The notes: a model not told the origin generated them from the letters alone. A stretch of 64,000 nt of DNA from Candidatus Zixiibacteriota bacterium (GCA_035380245.1 DAOSXA010000001.1:358004-422003); one strand, 5' to 3'. Positions 28,186-38,193 are shown, counted from the stretch's first letter. Numbers and translations are program-made.

Positions 28186-28740
28186 TCAGAGTTCTTCGTC
28201 CTCGTCATAGCTTTCCGATGCAGCCGGAGCAGCGCCGGTTTCTTTGGTCTCTTCGCCCTGCTTGTCCTCTTCAGGAGCGTTAACAGCAGGTTCCTCGGCC
28301 TCTTCGGTTGATTCTTCAGCCTGGTCGGCAACCTCAACCGGTTTATCCTCACGACGGCCATGCGGACCATCGCCGGACGGCGCAGGACGTTCCTGAATCC
28401 TGGGAGCTGCATCGTCGTTCGAGGATTCTTCTTCTACGGTATCATCCTGAAGACTTCCCTCGAAGATGACAGTTAAAAAGCGAAGGTAGGCTTCATTCAA
28501 ACGGAAATGGCGCTCTATCTCGCTGATAACGGTCGGCGGTGCTTCAAAAACCAGGTTGGCATAATAACCCTGCGACAAGCCCTGAATGAGATAGGCCAGC
28601 CGACGGGTTCCCATCCGGTTTTCTTTGATTATTTTGCCGCCACCGTTGGTGATGACGCTAACCACATCCTGAACCTGGCGGTCAATTGTGGCGTCGTCAG
28701 TTTGGGGGTTGATGATAAAGGTCGTCTCGTAAAGGCGCAT
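28186..28740 (-). CDS. rpsF: 30S ribosomal protein S6 with a long acidic C-terminal extension
   Basis: MRLYETTFIINPQ...RRLAYLIQG. A low-complexity Glu/Asp/Pro/Ala tail of about 85 aa ends in DEDEEL. Confidence 0.95.
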   Translation of the reverse strand: MRLYETTFIINPQTDDATIDRQVQDVVSVITNGGGKIIKENRMGTRRLAYLIQGLSQGYYANLVFEAPPTVISEIERHFRLNEAYLRFLTVIFEGSLQDDTVEEESSNDDAAPRIQERPAPSGDGPHGRREDKPVEVADQAEESTEEAEEPAVNAPEEDKQGEETKETGAAPAASESYDEDEEL

Positions 28741-28802
28741 TCAATATCCTCCCTACGGACGTTGGTTTAAGGTTCAAACGGCCCAGCCGCGGACATCTTA
28801 TT

Positions 28803-29381
28803 TTACAGCTGAGCAGGGTTTCTATTATATTCGCTCATCGCCTGGTCGAGGCGATGGTTGCTTGCGAAGATGACTGCCTCAGCGGCAGTATTTGTCAGGT
28901 CGGATGCTTTCTTAAGCTCCTCCTTGTCAAACTTGCCAAGTACGAAATCGATCGTACTTGAGTATTCAGGCGCCGGACCGATCCCCAGTCGCAGCCGGGG
29001 GAAATCCTCGGTTTCGAGGATTTCGATGATCGAGGCAAGGCCGTTATGCCCGCCGTCCGATCCGTTTTGCCGAAAACGAAGCGCCCCAAGCGGAAGGTTG
29101 AAGTCATCAACCACAACCAACATTTCGCTCGGTTCACGCTCGACTCTCTCAAGGAGAGCCACCGCCGCCAGACCGGAACGGTTCATATACGTTCGCGGCC
29201 AGGCCAGAACCAGCGGTTCCGGTGAGCGCTCGATCAGCGACCAGGTATATTCTCTTGTCGGTTTCTGCGGCACAGCCTTTTGCAGCTTAGCCACCCGGTC
29301 GAGCACTTCGAACCCGAGGTTGTGACGTGTGGCCTCATACTCGGCCCCGATATTGCCCAAACCCAAGACAATCGAAATCAT
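28803..29381 (-). CDS. pth: Peptidyl-tRNA hydrolase
   Basis: GLGNIGAEYEATRHNLGF...GGHNGL. Confidence 0.95.
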   Translation of the reverse strand: MISIVLGLGNIGAEYEATRHNLGFEVLDRVAKLQKAVPQKPTREYTWSLIERSPEPLVLAWPRTYMNRSGLAAVALLERVEREPSEMLVVVDDFNLPLGALRFRQNGSDGGHNGLASIIEILETEDFPRLRLGIGPAPEYSSTIDFVLGKFDKEELKKASDLTNTAAEAVIFASNHRLDQAMSEYNRNPAQL

Positions 29382-29462
29382 ACCAAAGCCACCTTTCGGC
29401 AGCTTGGAAGTATAAGTTCGACGCCACCGAAAGTCAAGGCCAATTGACTGCCTCTGTTGAGC

Positions 29463-30158
29463 TTAATTACTCCGTTTGAAGCGATATCCGACACCCCGGA
29501 TAGTCTCGAAAAACCTCGGATTGGCCGGGTCATCCTCGAATATCTTGCGCAGTTTCATGATGAAATTATCGATTGTCCGGCTGGTCGGATAAACATGATA
29601 GCCCCAAACGGCATCGAGCAGTTGATCCCGGCTGACCACCTCCCCCTCCCGTTCGGCCAGATATTTCATGACCATGCATTCCTTGCGAGTCAATTCGAAT
29701 TTTCCACCGGGGCCTTCCGCTTTATAAGTTTTAAAATCAATTCGGCGGCCCTGAAAACTGAACTCGCGATCCATTGGCCGGTCGCTCTGAAGCCAGGCTT
29801 GTCGCCGGAATATCCCCTGAATTCGGGCCACTAACTCGGCAGTACTGAACGGCTTAGTGATATAATCATCCCCCCCGGCCACCAGCCCCTCAATTTTTTG
29901 GTCAACGGCATCCCTGGCGGTGATAAACAGAATCGGTACGGTCGATCCGGTCTTGCGGATATTCCGGGTTAAAGTGAGGCCATCGATTCCGGGCAACATG
30001 ATATCCATCAAAATCAGGTCGAACTTCCCCCGATTGAACTCCTCCATTACCCGAGCACCGTGATCGACATGGAGTAACTCGAAACCTTCGGCTTCCAGAT
30101 TCAACAGGAGACCGTCAGCCAGGTTGGGATCGTCTTCGACCAGGAGGATTTTCTTCAT
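29463..30158 (-). CDS. OmpR/PhoB-family response regulator
   Basis: Start moved to ATG 30158 (MKKILLVEDD). Receiver domain (DLILMDIMLPG, ARD...K) plus a winged-helix C-terminus (TIRGVGYRF). Confidence 0.9.
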   Translation of the reverse strand: MKKILLVEDDPNLADGLLLNLEAEGFELLHVDHGARVMEEFNRGKFDLILMDIMLPGIDGLTLTRNIRKTGSTVPILFITARDAVDQKIEGLVAGGDDYITKPFSTAELVARIQGIFRRQAWLQSDRPMDREFSFQGRRIDFKTYKAEGPGGKFELTRKECMVMKYLAEREGEVVSRDQLLDAVWGYHVYPTSRTIDNFIMKLRKIFEDDPANPRFFETIRGVGYRFKRSN

Positions 30159-30162
30159 CGTA

Positions 30163-31146
30163 TCAGCCTGCTTTGAGTTCGACGGTAAATTTGGCCCCTT
30201 TTCCCGGACCATCCGAGCAAGCCCTGACAGTGCCCCCGTGCGCTCGAACTATTTCCCGAGCCAGATATAATCCCAAACCACTGCCGGAACCGCTCCGGGT
30301 AAGCTCTTCCCCGGCCTGATAAAATCGATCAAAGATTTTTTCCAGATCACGAGCAGCAATGCCGATACCGTTGTCGGACACTTCCAGAATACAACACTTA
30401 TCGGCCATACGCAGAGAGACGGCAATTTGGGGGGTATCTTTGTCGTTATATTTAACGGCATTTTCAAGGATGGCATTGACCGCTCGCTGGAGTGCGGCCG
30501 CATCCCCCTGGATCGTAATACCGGGGGTAATCTCGTCAATCACCTCGGTTTTTCTCTGTGAGGGTATCGCTCGCAACTTGTCGACCGCTTTTGTCACCAT
30601 TTCGGAAAACGGCACCGATTTCAACTCCACCACGTATCCGGAACGTTCGAATCGACCCGCTTCGAGTACGTTTTGGACCATGGCTTCGAGCCGGGCAATA
30701 TCTTGACGCATACGGGGCAGCACCTGATGTTTCTTTTCGAGCGAGATTCGGTCAGATTCCAGCGAATCGAGGTAAAGCTGCATTGAGGCCAACGGTGTTT
30801 TGAGTTCGTGAGTTACCGCCATGAGGAAATTTTGCTGGTGGAATTTTAATTCCTCCGATCGCACCTGGGCTCGATATATCAACCAGGCGCCGATTAAAAT
30901 CGCCAGCAGGAAAAATACCCCTTCAAGCCCCACCATTATCTGCCGTTCGATTTCCTGACTATGAAGCTGCTCCACGTAGGTTGTATCGGCCCCCAGTTCC
31001 TGAGCTATGTCGACTTTCTCATCCACCAGCCGAGCCATGAAAACCGTCCACCACACCGCCTGGGCAAAAACCGTCAGCGCCAGAATGATGAAGAGAACCA
31101 AAGCAGTGCGATGAGTCAGACGATTTTTCTTCATGTTCTCGGTCAA
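30163..31146 (-). CDS. Sensor histidine kinase (two TM, HisKA, HATPase_c)
   Basis: H-box AVTHELKTPL, N-box NAVKYN and G-boxes DNGIGI / GSGLGL. Confidence 0.9.
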   Translation of the reverse strand: MTENMKKNRLTHRTALVLFIILALTVFAQAVWWTVFMARLVDEKVDIAQELGADTTYVEQLHSQEIERQIMVGLEGVFFLLAILIGAWLIYRAQVRSEELKFHQQNFLMAVTHELKTPLASMQLYLDSLESDRISLEKKHQVLPRMRQDIARLEAMVQNVLEAGRFERSGYVVELKSVPFSEMVTKAVDKLRAIPSQRKTEVIDEITPGITIQGDAAALQRAVNAILENAVKYNDKDTPQIAVSLRMADKCCILEVSDNGIGIAARDLEKIFDRFYQAGEELTRSGSGSGLGLYLAREIVRAHGGTVRACSDGPGKGAKFTVELKAG

Positions 31147-31169
31147 TCCATCCTGGTTCGGTCATTCCC

Positions 31170-33380
31170 CTAAACCAGATCGAGGCGATTAAGGCGAAGT
31201 GAGTTGGTTACTACGAACACCGATGAAAAAGCCATTGCCGTGGCCGCCACCCAGGGTGCGAGAGTTAATCCGGTAAGAGGATAAAGAGCCCCGGCAGCTA
31301 TGGGTATGGCCACGATGTTATAAAAGAAAGCCCAGAACAGATTCTGGCGAATTATTTTCATGGTTACTTTAGCTGTTTCGAACAATCGAAGAATAGAAGA
31401 AAGCTCGGAGCGTACCAACACCACATCAGCCGATTCGATGGCAATATCCGTTCCACTGCCAATGGCGATCCCCACGTTGGCCGCAGCCAGAGCCGGGGCA
31501 TCGTTGATACCGTCGCCGACCATCGCAACGGTGAAACCGATTTTCCGGTATGACTCCACCACCAGCTTTTTATGAGCCGGTTTTATCTCCGCTTCAAACT
31601 CGTCCAGGTTCAACGACCGGGCAACACCGGCTGCCGTTCTATAGGCATCACCGGAGAGCATAGTCACACGTGCGAACTGATTCTTAAGAGCCACCACGAC
31701 GTCCTTGGCATCATTGCGGATACGGTCGGCGAGAGCGATAAGCCCGACTACCTTGTCGTCAAGAGCTACGAAAATAGTGGTGCGGCCCTCGGACATCTGG
31801 GCTCCGGCTTCTTCTCGAGCCGGATCGATATTGACCTCGTTATTTTCCATCAACTCCTGATTGCCGAGCAAAAGCTTTTTACCGGCATAGATCCCTTTGA
31901 GACCGAATCCGGGCAATGCTTCCACTTCGGTCACGGTAACGATCGGAATCTGGTGCTGGCGCATCCGTCGCACGATGGCATCGGCGACCGGGTGTTCCGA
32001 CTGACTCTCGGCCGAACCGGCGATCTGGAGCATGGTTTTAAGAGGCAAATCATTGTAAGCCTTCTCGTCGATCAGTTCGAGTTGGCCGTGGGTCAGGGTG
32101 CCGGTTTTATCGAATACGATAGTATCTATTCTTGTCAGCTCTTCCAGAATATCGCCGCCTCGAATAATGATCCCCTCGCGGGCAGCGCGACCCGACCCCG
32201 TTAGAATCGCCGTTGGCGTCGCCAATCCCAGCGCACAGGGGCAGGCTATAATCAACACCGACACGACACACTTGATCAGCATCGGTGAAGCCGGATCAAA
32301 ATAGTACCAAACCAAACCGGTCAATACCGCCAGACCGATAACGGTTGGAACGAATATCCCGGATACGCGATCAGCTAATTTTTGTACCGGAGCCTTACGG
32401 CTTTGAGCCTCGGAGACCATGCGGACGATATTGGCCAATACCGAATCAGCCGCGGCCGTGCCAACCTCGAGTCGGAAACTCATATTACCGTTGAGGGTGC
32501 CGCCATAAACCTCATCGCCGGAATCTTTTTCCACCGGGAGAGACTCCCCGGTCAGGAGAGATTCATCCAGGACCGCACGACCTTCGATAATGATGCCGTC
32601 GGCCGGCACGCGTTCACCCGGACGAACGATTAGAATCATCCCGGGTTGCACGGCGGCAGCATCGATAACGACCTCATGATCGTCGACAATAGCCGTCGCC
32701 TTATTCGGTTGCAATTCCAGCAACGACTTAATCGCCTCTCCGGCACGCCCCCGCGACCGGGCTTCAAGATAACGTCCGACCAGGATAAGACTGATAATCA
32801 TTCCAACCGACTCGAAATATAATGATCCGGGCGGTGGCGCTCCGGCGGAATCGATAATGACCCAGATGCTCCAGCCAAAAGCAGCCAGAGTTCCCATCGC
32901 GATCAGGGAGTTCATGTTGGCGCTGAAATGCCCCAATTGCTTGAGGGCATCGAACAAAATTGCCCGGCCCCCCCAAAGGAGCACAGCCGCTGCGAAGCCG
33001 GCCTGAATCACGGCGTCGAAAAGGACACCAATCATCGGACCGCCGGTGATCATGCTCCACATTGCCACCACCAACAACGGCGCCGTCATAATTAACGCTT
33101 GCCGAAGTTGCGACAGGGCGCGGGCAGTTTCCTTTTGCGAGGCTTTTAGTACGTCCACCCGCCCCTCACTGGCCTTGAAACCGAGCTGATCGATTTCATG
33201 CATGATCGCAGCGGCATCAACGATTTCGGGATCAAGGCGCACCGATGCCGAGCGGGTAGCCAGATTTACTCGGCACTCCTGCACGCCATCGAGCTTGCCT
33301 ACCGCGGTTTCGATTGACCGCACACAAGCGGCACAGTGCATACCTTCGATATTGAAGTTCAGATCAGTCAATTGGGTCAT
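31170..33380 (-). CDS. copA: Copper-translocating P1B-type ATPase
   Basis: One HMA domain (GMHCAACV), TM CPC motif (IIACPCALGLATP), DKTGTLT, and GDGINDAP. Confidence 0.93.
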   Translation of the reverse strand: MTQLTDLNFNIEGMHCAACVRSIETAVGKLDGVQECRVNLATRSASVRLDPEIVDAAAIMHEIDQLGFKASEGRVDVLKASQKETARALSQLRQALIMTAPLLVVAMWSMITGGPMIGVLFDAVIQAGFAAAVLLWGGRAILFDALKQLGHFSANMNSLIAMGTLAAFGWSIWVIIDSAGAPPPGSLYFESVGMIISLILVGRYLEARSRGRAGEAIKSLLELQPNKATAIVDDHEVVIDAAAVQPGMILIVRPGERVPADGIIIEGRAVLDESLLTGESLPVEKDSGDEVYGGTLNGNMSFRLEVGTAAADSVLANIVRMVSEAQSRKAPVQKLADRVSGIFVPTVIGLAVLTGLVWYYFDPASPMLIKCVVSVLIIACPCALGLATPTAILTGSGRAAREGIIIRGGDILEELTRIDTIVFDKTGTLTHGQLELIDEKAYNDLPLKTMLQIAGSAESQSEHPVADAIVRRMRQHQIPIVTVTEVEALPGFGLKGIYAGKKLLLGNQELMENNEVNIDPAREEAGAQMSEGRTTIFVALDDKVVGLIALADRIRNDAKDVVVALKNQFARVTMLSGDAYRTAAGVARSLNLDEFEAEIKPAHKKLVVESYRKIGFTVAMVGDGINDAPALAAANVGIAIGSGTDIAIESADVVLVRSELSSILRLFETAKVTMKIIRQNLFWAFFYNIVAIPIAAGALYPLTGLTLAPWVAATAMAFSSVFVVTNSLRLNRLDLV

Positions 33381-33428
33381 GGTAGAACAATATAGTCCGG
33401 ACGGGATCGCCTGGAAAGTTTGTGATGA

Positions 33429-34061
33429 TTATTTTATTCCGAGCATCAGCAGTAGTTGCGGACATTTACGTTGAAGCTCCTTACGAATTTTCCCGCGGGC
33501 ACGATGAAGATACCAGCGCACGGTCGCTTCGGGAATGTCCATAACCTCAGCCACACGGTCAAGCTTGCAACCCTCGATATCTCGGAGCATAAAAGCAGAA
33601 CGCTGTTTCTCGTTGAGCTTACGCGTAGCCTGATGAATGTAATCCCTGATCCGCTCTCTATGATAACGATCTTCAGGAGTAGAATCGTCCGATTGAAGAA
33701 GCTCGTGGTAATTGTCCAGCGGTTCGTGTTGGTGCCGACGATGCTTGCGGATGTAATCGATGCAGGCGTTTACCGTGATACGATAAAGCCAGGTATAGAA
33801 TTTTTTCTTCTCGTCATAGCGCCAGATATTGTGGTTAACCTTTACGAAAACGATCTGAGTGATATCAGCCGCTTCATCGTAATCACCCACCATGCGATAG
33901 GCAAGCGCCGCTACCTGGCTTCGATATCGTTTCATCAATTCAGCGAAGGCACGCTGGTCGCCGCGCTTGATCCGACTGACGAGAGCTTTGGTATTAACCT
34001 CATCCCGGTCGTCTTCAGCCGGTTGCATCCGTTCGATATCCGGTTTCTTGTCCATCGCCAC
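33429..34061 (-). CDS. ECF-type sigma-70 family RNA polymerase sigma factor
   Basis: Region 2 (AADITQIVFVKVNHNIWRY...FYTWLYRITVNACIDYIRK) and region 4 (AFMLRDIEGCKLDRVAEVMDIPEATVRWYLHRARGKIR). Confidence 0.9.
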   Translation of the reverse strand: MAMDKKPDIERMQPAEDDRDEVNTKALVSRIKRGDQRAFAELMKRYRSQVAALAYRMVGDYDEAADITQIVFVKVNHNIWRYDEKKKFYTWLYRITVNACIDYIRKHRRHQHEPLDNYHELLQSDDSTPEDRYHRERIRDYIHQATRKLNEKQRSAFMLRDIEGCKLDRVAEVMDIPEATVRWYLHRARGKIRKELQRKCPQLLLMLGIK

Positions 34062-34398
34062 AATCCAAACTAAATTTATCTTATATTGTCATTTATACCA
34101 TTAACCACCGTTTGCAGGTAAAGTTCCGAGATATCGGGTTACAGCTTGTTGCTAAATGACAGCTAAATGGGTGAGAAGGATTCTTAATACCCCGATCCTG
34201 CCGGCTTCTCGGAACCCGTGAATCTTCCGGAAAGCGGTCCTAATTTTTTAACAACGCAGCCCTCTAATCAGTTCCAAACGAGTTTGTTGAAAAATCCCCC
34301 CTTCCTGCAGCGCCCCACTACACCACGGAACCGAACCTCGCCCGCAGAGATCAATAGAACTTGAAATCCCCGGGGGTAACTGAAGTTGTAGTTGTGCT

Positions 34399-35520
34399 AT
34401 GGAAGTTGACGTTGCTTGTTTAGGTTCTATGTTTAATCAGAATCGATCCATTCGACTCCGGCTCACCGCTCTGCTTACAGCGGCAGCCATTATGATGGCC
34501 ACATCCGTCGCAGCTCAATCAACCGACAGTCTCCAGCCGACTACAGTAACGTTTGCGGCTGTCGGTGATATCATGATGGGGACCACCTTTCCCGAGGATT
34601 CCAACTATCTGCCCGAGGATGACGGCCGCCACATGCTGTTTGAAGTCGCCCCTGAACTGCGCTCAGCCGATATCACGTTTGGCAATCTCGAAGGTTGTTA
34701 CATAGACGGAGGTACTCCGGCCAAGAAATGCCAGGATCCCAAGTCCTGTTATGTCTTCCGTAGCCCCGAGCATTATCTGAGTTACCTCGATGAAGCCGGG
34801 TTCGATGTTTTCAACCTGGCCAACAACCATGCCCGGGATTTTGGACCGGAAGGACTCAACCGCACGCGGGCATTGCTCGACAGTCTCGGCAAGGTGTACA
34901 CCGGACCGATTGGCGATGTGGCTTCACTCGAAGTCAACGGCCTGCGGGTAGTGGTGCTCGGATTCGCTCCCTACCAGAAGTTATATGATTTATTGGACAT
35001 CGGAACAGCCGCGGTGATGGTAGCCGGATTCAGCACTATCTACGATCTGGTCATCGTATCCTTCCACGGCGGCGGTGAAGGACCGGCATTCCTGCATGTC
35101 CCGGATTCAATGGAAATAGCCTACGGTGAAGAACGGGGTCATTTACGCGCGTTCGCTCATGCCGTAGTTGACGCGGGCGCCGACCTGGTGATCGGCCATG
35201 GACCTCATATCCCAAGAGCCGTTGAATACTACCACGGCAGGTTGATTGCCTACTCACTAGGGAATTTCGCCACTTACGAAATGTTCAACATGGAGGGAGT
35301 ACGCGAGTTGACATTTATCCTGAAAGCCGAGTTGGCGGCCGACGGCTCCCTCGTTTCGGGCAGAATCGTTTCCTGTTATCAGCAATACCCCGGAATACCT
35401 CGACTTGACCCGAAAGGTCGGATTATTCCACTCCTGCAAAAGATATCACGCGATGATTTTGGTCCGACCGCCGCTCCGATTGCCGACGATGGAACCATTA
35501 TCGTCCCGGACAAGAACTGA
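34399..35520 (+). CDS. CapA/PgsA-family (PGA_cap) metallophosphatase-like protein, secreted
   Basis: FAAVGDIMMG, ADITFGNLE, NLANNHARDFG, VSFHGGGEG, GADLVIGHGPH and YSLGNF. An alternative start at ATG 34429 is possible. Confidence 0.85.
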   Translation: MEVDVACLGSMFNQNRSIRLRLTALLTAAAIMMATSVAAQSTDSLQPTTVTFAAVGDIMMGTTFPEDSNYLPEDDGRHMLFEVAPELRSADITFGNLEGCYIDGGTPAKKCQDPKSCYVFRSPEHYLSYLDEAGFDVFNLANNHARDFGPEGLNRTRALLDSLGKVYTGPIGDVASLEVNGLRVVVLGFAPYQKLYDLLDIGTAAVMVAGFSTIYDLVIVSFHGGGEGPAFLHVPDSMEIAYGEERGHLRAFAHAVVDAGADLVIGHGPHIPRAVEYYHGRLIAYSLGNFATYEMFNMEGVRELTFILKAELAADGSLVSGRIVSCYQQYPGIPRLDPKGRIIPLLQKISRDDFGPTAAPIADDGTIIVPDKN

Positions 35521-35532
35521 ATCACACCAACG

Positions 35533-35557
35533 AAAAAAGGCCGCGATTATGCGGCCT
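35533..35557 (-). terminator. Rho-independent terminator of the M23 peptidase gene (hairpin shared with convergent capA-like gene)
   Basis: aggccgc / gcggcct stem with a 6-nt loop, followed by TTTTTT on the minus strand. Confidence 0.75.
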
Positions 35558-35581
35558 CGTTATCTTCAATCAATTCGAACC

Positions 35582-36490
35582 TCAATCCATTTCGTTGAGA
35601 ATATAATCGGCTGGATTGAGCTTCTTGCCGTTTCTGATCACCTCGTAATGGAGATGCGGACCGGTGGAATGACCGGTATTACCCATGAGGGCGATCTGTT
35701 CACCCCGGCTGACTCGCTGCCCCTTCTTAACCGTCGCTTGTTTTAGATGAGCGTAACGAGTCTTGAAACCGTAACCATGGTCAATCACCACCATATTACC
35801 CAGGCCGCCCTGGCGTCCGACTTCCACCACTTTGCCGTCGGCTGTGGCATAAATCGGAGTGCCGGTACGGTTGGAAATATCGATCGCCGCATGCATCCGC
35901 CGATAGCCGGTAAAGGGATCATCGCGCATTTGAAAACCGGTCGTGACCCAACCCTTGGTAGGCCAAATCGACGGGGTATGCCGGAGGCGATCCTTCATAC
36001 CATCGAGCTTCTGTTCGACTTCCGAGTATTTATCCAACTCGAATTCCGACAGGCGTAAAAGGCGATCCACTTGACGCTCGGTGACATAAGCAGACTTCTG
36101 AGCCGGAGTCATACTCTCCACCGCTTTCGGAATCGGACCACCAATACCGAGCTGACGCTCCTGGGGATCGATTTCCGGCAGGTCAAAGGCAGTCCGAATA
36201 ACTACCTCTTTTTGGACCATGTCCTGATAGCGGTTTTCGAATTCGGTCAGAGTCCAGCGGATCTGTTCGAATTTGTTCTTGAGTTCGAGATTTTCCGCCT
36301 TTAGTTTTTCGATCTCAGCACGGGAAACTCTATCGGATACGTACTGAGTTGACAGCGCTACACTGATCCCCAGTAGCATCAAAACCAGCACTACCGCTCC
36401 ATAAACCAGCGGGGCCGGAACGTTGACCTGCTTGAGTATCCCCTTTGAGCCGGGGATAAGCATCAATGTGAATTTTTTCTTAAACATCAC
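35582..36490 (-). CDS. M23 (LytM-domain) peptidase with N-terminal TM and coiled coil
   Basis: HAAIDIS...GNMVVIDHGYGFKTRYAHL...GNTGHSTGPHLHYEV. Confidence 0.92.
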   Translation of the reverse strand: MMFKKKFTLMLIPGSKGILKQVNVPAPLVYGAVVLVLMLLGISVALSTQYVSDRVSRAEIEKLKAENLELKNKFEQIRWTLTEFENRYQDMVQKEVVIRTAFDLPEIDPQERQLGIGGPIPKAVESMTPAQKSAYVTERQVDRLLRLSEFELDKYSEVEQKLDGMKDRLRHTPSIWPTKGWVTTGFQMRDDPFTGYRRMHAAIDISNRTGTPIYATADGKVVEVGRQGGLGNMVVIDHGYGFKTRYAHLKQATVKKGQRVSRGEQIALMGNTGHSTGPHLHYEVIRNGKKLNPADYILNEMD

Positions 36491-36645
36491 TTCAAGAATA
36501 AATCGTGGCCGGTCAGGCCTATCCTTCTCCTGTTATGTATCGGTCGTAAACCGGCGCACGCCAGCTTTATCACCTAAAAACTGGCGTGGAAAATAGGCCC
36601 CATCATTTTGCAAGTCAAGATAAAATGGGCAAAAACTGCCTGATA

Positions 36646-36792
36646 CTACTTAATCAGAACATATTCTCGTCTGAGAACTTTGTTCACAATTCGAGCAAGC
36701 TTTGCCGATTCAAGGGTTTGAAGGCTGTAAAGATGCCAGTAAGTCTTCTTGGGCAAGCCAATGAAAGGTCGCTTCTTGAGTGCTTTCGCCAT
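36646..36792 (-). CDS. Small (48 aa) basic hypothetical protein
   Basis: ATG 36792 with a perfect GGAGG (36803-36799) 6 nt upstream. Sequence MAKALKKRPFIGLPKKTYWHLYSLQTLESAKLARIVNKVLRREYVLIK. This is the only well-signalled ORF in the ORF-poor stretch. No family recognised. Confidence 0.4.
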   Translation of the reverse strand: MAKALKKRPFIGLPKKTYWHLYSLQTLESAKLARIVNKVLRREYVLIK

Positions 36793-37434
36793 TTGTCGCC
36801 TCCGCTGGTTACCAGTCACAAACCGGAAAATCCTAATCTCTTTGCCCCATAAATCCCGGCTTACAAAATTCGCCACATTGTTCCGCCCCCTTACAATGCA
36901 TAAACCATGCCCCTCCGGCGACAAAATGGAGAGCGACAACCACCATAGAGCATCCCATTTAACAATAAGCACTTAACACTATTATACCGGCTTCGGGAAT
37001 CTCCCCTAATGGGCAAATCAAGGATTAAAAGGTGAGGCGCCTGTCCTATCCTTGACTACTTCGCCCAACAGGTGAACAGCTATCAATAAGATACAAGTGA
37101 GAATCTAGGATGAGCTTTGATCCGGGAGTACATTCGGCTATTAGTGGAAAATCAAATCGTTCTGAGGAAGACGACAGGTTGCTCTCATCGCAGTTATTTT
37201 TTAGAGAATGTCTGAGCATTCACCTCCCATAGCAAACTCAATACTATATTAATGAGAACATTACAAAGATCATGTGAAGGCAGACATACAAGAATAGCCA
37301 CCATGACGTATTTTAACAGATTATTTCGTACCCTCAACGATTAAGACAGCATCATCTTTAGCCTTTGTATTGACGACAACCGATCGACGGATTAGCTTGG
37401 ACTAAACAGCTAACTGCATCCAGGAGATAAGGAC

Positions 37435-38193
37435 ATGAAGTCTTTGAATAATAAGGTCGTGCTGATAACGGGAGCTTCCTCCGGAATAGGCCGCGCCTGT
37501 GCCGAGAAATTTGCTGAAGAGGGAGCCCGGCTGATTTTGGCGGCACGGAGAAAAGAACGGTTGATCGAACTGGCGAGAAAACTGAACACGCCGGTTCATA
37601 TAATCGAACTCGATGTGACCAACCGGCAAGCTGTAGAAACAGCCCTTAAAAACCTTCCTGCCGATTTTGCTGCGATCGATGTACTCATCAACAACGCCGG
37701 TCTCGGGCGAGGTCTGGATAAATTGCAAGAAGGAAACCCGGACGGTTGGAATGAAATGATCGACACCAACATCAAGGGTCTTTTATACGTCAGCCGAGCG
37801 GTATTACCGGGTATGGTCAATCGAGGCAGCGGTCAGGTTATCAATATCGGTTCGATAGCCGGCCATGAGGTTTATCCGGGAGGGAACGTCTATTGCGCCA
37901 CAAAACATGCCGTAGGAGCAATCACCCGGGGTATGCGGATCGACCTGGTTGACAGCCCGATACGTGTTGCCACAATTGATCCCGGTCTGGTAGAAACGGA
38001 ATTTTCCGAGGTCAGATTCGACGGCGATAAAGATCGCGCCGGTTCGGTTTATAAGGGCTACCAGCCGTTATCCGGAGCTGATATCGCTGAAACGGCCGTA
38101 TGGATTGCCTCGCGGCCACCCCATGTTCAGATTGCCGAGGTCATAATTTTCCCCACAGCCCAGCGATCCGCCATGATTGTTCATAAGGAATAG
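37435..38193 (+). CDS. Short-chain dehydrogenase/reductase (YdfG-like, NADP-dependent)
   Basis: TGASSGIG, NNAG and YCATKHA. AGGAG RBS. Confidence 0.92.
   Translation: MKSLNNKVVLITGASSGIGRACAEKFAEEGARLILAARRKERLIELARKLNTPVHIIELDVTNRQAVETALKNLPADFAAIDVLINNAGLGRGLDKLQEGNPDGWNEMIDTNIKGLLYVSRAVLPGMVNRGSGQVINIGSIAGHEVYPGGNVYCATKHAVGAITRGMRIDLVDSPIRVATIDPGLVETEFSEVRFDGDKDRAGSVYKGYQPLSGADIAETAVWIASRPPHVQIAEVIIFPTAQRSAMIVHKE

Noticed and set aside
33456-34073. 205-aa plus-strand ORF
   Set aside because: It is antisense to the ECF sigma factor gene.
34211-34240. GGAAC...CGGTC string upstream of the capA-like gene, considered as an ECF-type promoter
   Set aside because: The spacer (~19 nt) is longer than the 16-17 nt typical of ECF promoters, and the -10 element is not a good CGT/TC match. 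This is a by-eye coincidence until tested.
36586-36976. Three overlapping 75-108-aa ORFs in the ORF-poor stretch
   Set aside because: They overlap on both strands, have no domains and lack RBSs, except for the internal ATG at 36792. That one is reported separately as a 48-aa candidate.
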